Shown one piece after another: positions 37,099 through 42,513 of a DNA stretch of 42,513 nucleotides. The position numbers and the translations under genes are program-made. The DNA lies in the NCBI GenBank assembly GCA_044344765.1, contig JBIJCJ010000003.1, positions 1 through 42,513 of the forward strand, given 5' to 3'. The stretch comes from Pirellulales bacterium (GTDB lineage Bacteria; Planctomycetota; Planctomycetia; Pirellulales; UBA1268). Below the pieces are notes generated by a model. It was not told the DNA's origin, did not search any database, and was given only the letters and a program-made list of their open reading frames with translations. Positions within the stretch are counted from its first letter, which is position 1. The number at the start of each line of letters is the position of its first letter.

Positions 37099-39389
37099 TC
37101 ATGACGACGGCCCTGGAAGAAGTGGCGCTGCAGTTCGACCCGGTCGGCTCGTGGGCTGTCGTCGGTCTCGTGGCAGCGGCGCTGGCCGCGGTCCTGTTCG
37201 CCGTGCCTCCGGACCGCTCACGGGTCTCCCGCGGTCGGCTGGTGACACTCGTGCTGCTGCGCCTGGCCGCGTTTCTGGCGGTCGTCGCCTGCATGCTTCG
37301 GCCCACGTTCGTGGCCGAGGCGAAGGCCCGGCAGCGGGGCACCGTGCTCGTGCTCGCCGATGCCTCGGAAAGCATGACCGTGGCCGACGGCCCGAACGGG
37401 AGAACCCGCTGGCAGGAGATGACCGCGGCGCTCGATTCCGCCCGGGACGCGGCCCGGGATCTGACGAGGTCGGGGGCCTTCGATCTCTCGGTCTGGCGGT
37501 TCGACCGCGAGGCTCGCCCTGTGCCTCCTGTGGCCGACGACCCGTTTCCGCTCGGCGCCTGGCAGGACGGGCCGGCGGCCGACGAAACCGCCATCGGCGC
37601 CGCGATCGACGATTGCCTGCGGGCGACCGCCGGGCAGACGCTCGCGGGAGTCGTGGTCTTGAGCGACGGTGCGCAGCATGCCTATGCCCCGCGGGACCTG
37701 CCTCCGCAGACCGCGGCGCGACAGCTGACGGAAACGGGCACGCCGCTGTGGAGCATCACGTTCGGCCAGCAGCGCGGGGCCGGCCAGGGCCGCGACGCGG
37801 CGGTCGTGAATCTCGCGGCGGCGGAGAAGGTGTATGTCAAGAATGCGCTCGAGGTGGCCGGCCGCGTGCGGCTGGAGGGACTCGCGGGCGCGGCGGTGGT
37901 GCGGCTGCTCGCCGAAAACGACGGCGGGCGGATGGAAGAGGTGGCCCGCACCACGGTGCGGGCGACGACGCCGGGGGGTGAGGAGCCGGTGCGGCTCGCG
38001 TGGACGCCGACGAGCGTCGGCGAGCGGAAGATCGCGCTCGTGGTCGAGCCCCAAGAGGGGGAAGTGATCGTCGCCAACAACGAACTCTCCACCTTCGTGG
38101 AAGTGGTCGATGGCGGCCTGCGGGTGCTGTACATCGAAGGCGCCCTCCGGGTCGAGCAGCGGTTCCTGCGCCGCGTGCTCGCGTCGAGCCCCGACATGCA
38201 GGTGGACTTCCAATGGATCGACTCGAGCCGGCGCGACCGCTGGCCGGAGGATCTGGGACGGACACTGGCCGCCGACTACGACGTGTTCCTGATCGGCGAT
38301 CTCGACTCGGCGGCGCTCCGCGCCGAGGACCTGCGGGCGATCCTCGGCAAGGTGAACGCGGGGGCCGGCATCGGCCTGCTCGGCGGGTTTCACGCCTTCG
38401 AGGCGGGTGGCTGGGCGTCGTCGGTGCTCGGGCCGCTCGTGCCGTTCGAGGCCGATCGCCTGGCCCGGCAGCCGTTCGACGGGCCCGTGCGCGAGGGGCT
38501 GCATCTGCCGGGGCCGCTGCGGATGGTTCCCGACAAGCGGTTCGGAAACGTTTCGATCCTCCGCCTGGGCGCGAGCGAGCAGGATACCCGGGCGGCGTGG
38601 GAATCGTTGCCGCCGCTCGCTGGCGCCAGCCGGATCGGCCGGCTCACGCCGGCCGCCAAGACGCTGGCCGGCACCGCGGATGGGCAGCCGCTCCTCGTGG
38701 CCCGTGAGTATGGAGAAGGCCGCGTGCTGGCCTTCGCGGCCGACTCGACCTGGCGGTGGGTGATGCAGGGCGCCGGCGAGCAGCATCGCCGTTTCTGGCG
38801 GCAGCTGGTCCTGTGGCTGGCCAAGCAGGACGACGCCGAGCAGGACGCGCTGTGGGTGCGGCTGGCCCAGCGGCGGATCTCACCGGGCACGCCTTTGGAG
38901 TTCGACGCGGGCCTGACCAAGCCCGACGGTTCCGCCGTGGCCGACGTGTCCATGGACGGCACGCTCGTGGCGCCCGGAGGACAGCGGCGGCCGATCCGCA
39001 TCGCCCGCCAGGCCGGAGGCTTTTCGGGCGTGATCGCCGACTGTGCCGAGCCGGGCGACTGGACGCTGATCGTCAAGGCCGCCAAGCCCGGCGATCCGAC
39101 GCCGCGGGAGCGGGCGGCGCGGTTCACGGTGTTCCGTCAGGATTTGGAACTGGCGAACCCGCGTTCCAATCCCCTCCTCATGCGGCAGCTCGCCGAGGTG
39201 ACGACGGGTGGCGTGCGGCTCCCCGAGGAGCTGCCGGCGATCTTCGCCGAGCTCGCCGCGCGGCCGCCGGCCTTCGAGACGCGGGAGCAGTGGTCGTACT
39301 CGCCGTGGGACAAGTGGCCGATGCTCCTGCTGCTGGCGGGCTGCATGTCCGCGGAGTGGTTTCTGCGGAAACGCTGGGGCCTCGTGTAG
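37095..39389 (+). CDS. Membrane protein with vWA and glutamine-amidotransferase-like (DUF1355-type) domains
   Basis: Two N-terminal TMs, DASESM, LSDG, VLYIEG, GGFHAFEAGGW, GEGRVLA..TWRW, EWFLRKRWGL. Confidence 0.88.
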   Translation: MIMTTALEEVALQFDPVGSWAVVGLVAAALAAVLFAVPPDRSRVSRGRLVTLVLLRLAAFLAVVACMLRPTFVAEAKARQRGTVLVLADASESMTVADGPNGRTRWQEMTAALDSARDAARDLTRSGAFDLSVWRFDREARPVPPVADDPFPLGAWQDGPAADETAIGAAIDDCLRATAGQTLAGVVVLSDGAQHAYAPRDLPPQTAARQLTETGTPLWSITFGQQRGAGQGRDAAVVNLAAAEKVYVKNALEVAGRVRLEGLAGAAVVRLLAENDGGRMEEVARTTVRATTPGGEEPVRLAWTPTSVGERKIALVVEPQEGEVIVANNELSTFVEVVDGGLRVLYIEGALRVEQRFLRRVLASSPDMQVDFQWIDSSRRDRWPEDLGRTLAADYDVFLIGDLDSAALRAEDLRAILGKVNAGAGIGLLGGFHAFEAGGWASSVLGPLVPFEADRLARQPFDGPVREGLHLPGPLRMVPDKRFGNVSILRLGASEQDTRAAWESLPPLAGASRIGRLTPAAKTLAGTADGQPLLVAREYGEGRVLAFAADSTWRWVMQGAGEQHRRFWRQLVLWLAKQDDAEQDALWVRLAQRRISPGTPLEFDAGLTKPDGSAVADVSMDGTLVAPGGQRRPIRIARQAGGFSGVIADCAEPGDWTLIVKAAKPGDPTPRERAARFTVFRQDLELANPRSNPLLMRQLAEVTTGGVRLPEELPAIFAELAARPPAFETREQWSYSPWDKWPMLLLLAGCMSAEWFLRKRWGLV

Positions 39390-39413
39390 GTCGCGCCGCC
39401 CCGACGGTTTGCA

Positions 39414-39579
39414 GGAGGGGTTGCCCATGCCCCATCGCCGGACGTTCGCGTCGGGCATCCTGCCCGACGCGAACTCGAGGCTGCCTGCGCTTCGGCATCC
39501 ATGCCTCCGCCGACCAATCCGCCTTCTGGCGGATCGGTGCCCGAGCCACGCCGGCTCACGGGGCATGGGCAACCCCTCC
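39414..39579. repeat. 166-bp palindromic multi-hairpin element (MITE/REP-like or structured RNA)
   Basis: 20-bp perfect terminal inverted repeat (39414-39433 / 39560-39579) enclosing a perfect 14-bp hairpin, a 10/11-bp hairpin and smaller stems. Confidence 0.85.
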
Positions 39580-39656
39580 GGCTCCGCATGGCTGGTGGTT
39601 GGGCCGGGAAAACCGGCTGCTGCGGCCCCTTTTCGTCTATGGGGAGGGAGGGGGGT

Positions 39657-39673
39657 TTGGTACGGTTCCCGCC
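39657..39673 (+). promoter_or_regulatory. Possible sigma54 -24/-12 promoter
   Basis: TTGGTACG-GTTCCCGC has correct GG-N10-GC spacing, but the -12 box is CCGC rather than TTGC. Confidence 0.3.
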
Positions 39674-39707
39674 CCCGGCCGGCGGCCGGGGGCGGATGGA
39701 GCAGCGC

Positions 39708-41294
39708 ATGCAGAAACGACGGGCGATCCGCGAGAAACTCCTCCTCGGCGCGCTGCTGGTCGGCGTGATGGTGGCGGTGCTGTCCGCATCGAGCTTCCTC
39801 GGCATCTACTCCTACCGGCGGCTCGTCCGCGCACTCTCCAGCCGCGCGGCGGAATTGCCGCGGGCGAGCGAGCTCGGCGAGTGCGTGGGGCTGCTGCGGC
39901 TTTCACACGCCCGGGCCCTGGCCGACGACGCGCGGGCGGCCGACTTCCTCGGGCACTTGCCCGTCGCCCGCGAGGCGCTGCAAGGCTATTGCGCGGAACT
40001 GGCCGAGGGGGAGATCGAGAACACGCCCTTCGGGGACCGCAGCCGCGAGCTGGAGACGACCCAGCAGATTGCCGACTGCCTGGCGACCATCGAGGCCCGC
40101 GCACGACTGCCCGCGGACGACGTCGGCACGGCTGCCACGGCGACCGCCGGCCAGCGGCGGATGCTGCTCGACGTCAACCCGCATCTCGACCGCCTGGCGG
40201 CGCTGACGGCCGAACTGCCCTCCTACCTGCAGGACGGCCTCCACGACCTGTCCCGCGAGGTGCGGACAGGTTACCGCACGCTGATCGTCACCACCTCGAC
40301 CGCGGCCCTGGCGGCGGCCGCGCTCCTGGCGGCGATCGCGGTGCTCACCTACCGCTGGGTCTTCCGCCCGCTGCGGATGCTCGGCCACGGCTCGCGCCGC
40401 GTGGCGGCGGGCGACTTCGGCTTCCGCATCCACATCGACACCCGGGACGAGATGGCTGAGCTCGCGGAGGCCTTCAACGACATGACCGAGCGGTTTCAGG
40501 CGATTCGCGACGACCTCGACCGGCAGGTGCAGCTGCGGACCCGGGAGGTGATTCGCAGCGAGCAGCTGGCGAGCGTCGGGTTTCTCGCTGCGGGCGTCGC
40601 CCACGAGATCAACAACCCGCTGGCCTCGATCGCGATGTGCGCCGAGTCGCTGGAAAGCCGGCTGGCGGACCTGGCGCCGGCCGCGGAAGACGCCCAGGTG
40701 GTGCGGCGCTACCTGGAGCTGATCCAGACGGAGGCCTTCCGGTGCAAAGGCATCACCGAGAAGCTCCTCGACTTCTCCCGGCTCGGAGAGGTGCGGCGGC
40801 AGCCGACGGCCGTGATGCAACTCGTCGCCGACGTCGCCGAGATGCTGCGGCACGTGGGCCGCTTCGCCGGTCGGACGATCGACACCGAGCCGGGGCCCGA
40901 CGTTCTCGTGATGGTCAACCCGCAGGAGATCAAGCAGGTCGTGCTGAATCTCCTCGTCAACGCGCTCGATTCGATCGGGGAGGCGGGCCGCGTCACCGTG
41001 GCCGCCCGCCGCAGCGGCGGCGAGTGCGTGCTCACGTTCGCGGACGACGGCTGCGGCATGACCGAAGAGGTGCTGGAGCACCTCTTCGAGCCGTTCTTCA
41101 CGCGCCGCAAGGCGGGGCAGGGGACGGGCTTGGGGCTGTCGATCGTGCACCGCATCGTCGCCGACCACGGCGGTCGGATCGAGGCCACGAGCGCCGGTCC
41201 CGATCAGGGCTCGACGTTTCGCGTCACGCTGCCGCTGGCCGACGTGGCCGCCGAGCCGGCCCGCGGCCGCGACGCCGCGGCCCGGGCAGCGTGA
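39708..41294 (+). CDS. HAMP-domain sensor histidine kinase (NtrB-like)
   Basis: Two TMs, HAMP (DEMAELAEAFNDM), AHEINNPL, NLLVNA, DDGCGM, FEPFF, GTGLGL. Start 39708 (GGAG RBS) or 39696. Confidence 0.95.
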   Translation: MQKRRAIREKLLLGALLVGVMVAVLSASSFLGIYSYRRLVRALSSRAAELPRASELGECVGLLRLSHARALADDARAADFLGHLPVAREALQGYCAELAEGEIENTPFGDRSRELETTQQIADCLATIEARARLPADDVGTAATATAGQRRMLLDVNPHLDRLAALTAELPSYLQDGLHDLSREVRTGYRTLIVTTSTAALAAAALLAAIAVLTYRWVFRPLRMLGHGSRRVAAGDFGFRIHIDTRDEMAELAEAFNDMTERFQAIRDDLDRQVQLRTREVIRSEQLASVGFLAAGVAHEINNPLASIAMCAESLESRLADLAPAAEDAQVVRRYLELIQTEAFRCKGITEKLLDFSRLGEVRRQPTAVMQLVADVAEMLRHVGRFAGRTIDTEPGPDVLVMVNPQEIKQVVLNLLVNALDSIGEAGRVTVAARRSGGECVLTFADDGCGMTEEVLEHLFEPFFTRRKAGQGTGLGLSIVHRIVADHGGRIEATSAGPDQGSTFRVTLPLADVAAEPARGRDAAARAA

Positions 41295-41314
41295 TCCACC
41301 CAGCAGAGGCTCCC

Positions 41315-42513
41315 ATGAAGCAGCACGCCCGAGCGATGCGAATCCTGTACGCCGACGACGAGACGTCGATCCAGGAACTGATGCGGATCGAGCTGCCGCG
41401 GCTCGGGCACGACGCCACGGTCTGCCCGGACGGCCGCACGGCCCTGGCCGCGCTCGAACGCACCGCCTACGACTGCGTGATCGTGGATCTCGACATGCCG
41501 GGCGTCGGCGGTCTCGACGTGATTGCCCGCGTCCGCGAGACCTCGCCCGACACGGAAACCGTGATCATCACCGGCAAGTCGTCGCTGGAAAGCGCGGTGG
41601 CGGCGGTGCGGCAGGGCGTGTTCGACTATCTCACGAAGCCTTGCAAGCTCGCCGACATCCAGGCGGTGCTCGAACGGGTGCGAAAGAAGCGGGAGCTGAC
41701 AACCCGGCTCCGGGCCCTGGAGCGGCGGGTGCGCCGGGCCGAGGGGGCCACGCGTCTCGTCGGTCGCTCGTCGGCCTTGGAGCGGGTGCGCCGCCTGGTG
41801 GCGCGGGTGGCCGCAAGCGAGGCGGCCGTGCTCGTCCGCGGCGAGACCGGCACCGGCAAGGAGCTCGTCGCCCGCGCCATCCACGAGGGCAGCGGCCGGG
41901 CCGGCGGGCCGCTCGTGGCCGTCAACTGCGGTGCACTACCGGAGCACCTCGTGGAAAGCGAGCTCTTCGGGCACCGCAAGGGGGCCTTCACCGGCGCCGA
42001 CGAGCATCGCGCGGGGCTCTTCGAAGTGGCCGACGGAGGCACGCTGTTTCTCGACGAGATCGGCGAACTGCCGAAGCCGCTGCAGTCGCGGCTCCTGCGG
42101 GCGCTCGAGAGCGGAGAAATCCGGCGGGTCGGTGACAACCAGCCGATCACCGTCGACGTGCGGCTGGTCTGCGCCACCCACCGATCGCTCGAGCAGATGG
42201 TGGCCGCAGGAGAGTTTCGCGAGGACCTCCTGTTTCGGATCAATACGTTCGAGATCCCGGTGCCCCCGCTCCGCGATCGCAGCGAAGACATTCCGGAGCT
42301 GGTCGAGCACTTCGTGCGCCAGGCCAGGCCCCAGACGCCGGCGCAGGCGGTCGCGGCGGAGCCGGATGTTCTCGCCGTGCTCGCCGCCCATCAATGGCCG
42401 GGCAACATCCGGGAACTGGCGAATGCGGTGGAGCACGCGCTCGTGCTCTGCGACGACCTGCCGCTCAAGGTCGAGCACCTGCCGGCGCGGCTCGCCGGCC
42501 TCGCGCCACGGAA
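41315..42513 (+). CDS. Sigma54-dependent response regulator (NtrC family), 3'-partial
   Basis: MKQHARAMRILYADDE, VDLDMPG receiver, GETGTGKE, GAFTGA (41981), LFLDEIG, WPGNIREL. No stop in the window, so absent from the ORF track. Confidence 0.95.
   Translation, partial: MKQHARAMRILYADDETSIQELMRIELPRLGHDATVCPDGRTALAALERTAYDCVIVDLDMPGVGGLDVIARVRETSPDTETVIITGKSSLESAVAAVRQGVFDYLTKPCKLADIQAVLERVRKKRELTTRLRALERRVRRAEGATRLVGRSSALERVRRLVARVAASEAAVLVRGETGTGKELVARAIHEGSGRAGGPLVAVNCGALPEHLVESELFGHRKGAFTGADEHRAGLFEVADGGTLFLDEIGELPKPLQSRLLRALESGEIRRVGDNQPITVDVRLVCATHRSLEQMVAAGEFREDLLFRINTFEIPVPPLRDRSEDIPELVEHFVRQARPQTPAQAVAAEPDVLAVLAAHQWPGNIRELANAVEHALVLCDDLPLKVEHLPARLAGLAPR

Overview
Very GC-rich bacterial DNA, almost certainly Planctomycetota (Pirellulales-like), judged from a BBP7-type beta-barrel, a planctomycete PQQ-propeller, DUF4159/MoxR/DUF58/BatA genes and a giant surface protein. 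Layout: (1) 1-7067, a 5'-truncated giant surface protein broken by a frameshift or deletion at 4490/4491, with an FN3/Ig-like tail. (2) 7.3-16.3 kb, core genes: BBP7 porin, YugP-like peptidase, hisS, YkgJ, recJ, PQQ-propeller. (3) tRNA-Pro(CGG) followed by a ~7 kb mosaic islet. Here a glycan-modification module (two GT4, a methyltransferase, a Thr-type sulfatase-like protein) lies between two collinear halves of an IS91-family transposase, among fragments of ISL3, an LRR-like gene, groES and cheB, plus an intact eukaryote-like cyclophilin. (4) A vWA membrane protein and a coupled STAS-fusion/ABC transporter operon. (5) The 3' remnant of a class C group II intron (DV-DVI) next to a lower-GC orphan gene. 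(6) DUF4159 divergent from a MoxR-DUF58-BatA-vWA/GATase operon. (7) A 166-bp multi-hairpin element with 20-bp perfect terminal inverted repeats. (8) A histidine kinase and a 3'-truncated sigma54 response regulator. All family calls come from motif recognition; no database searches were run.
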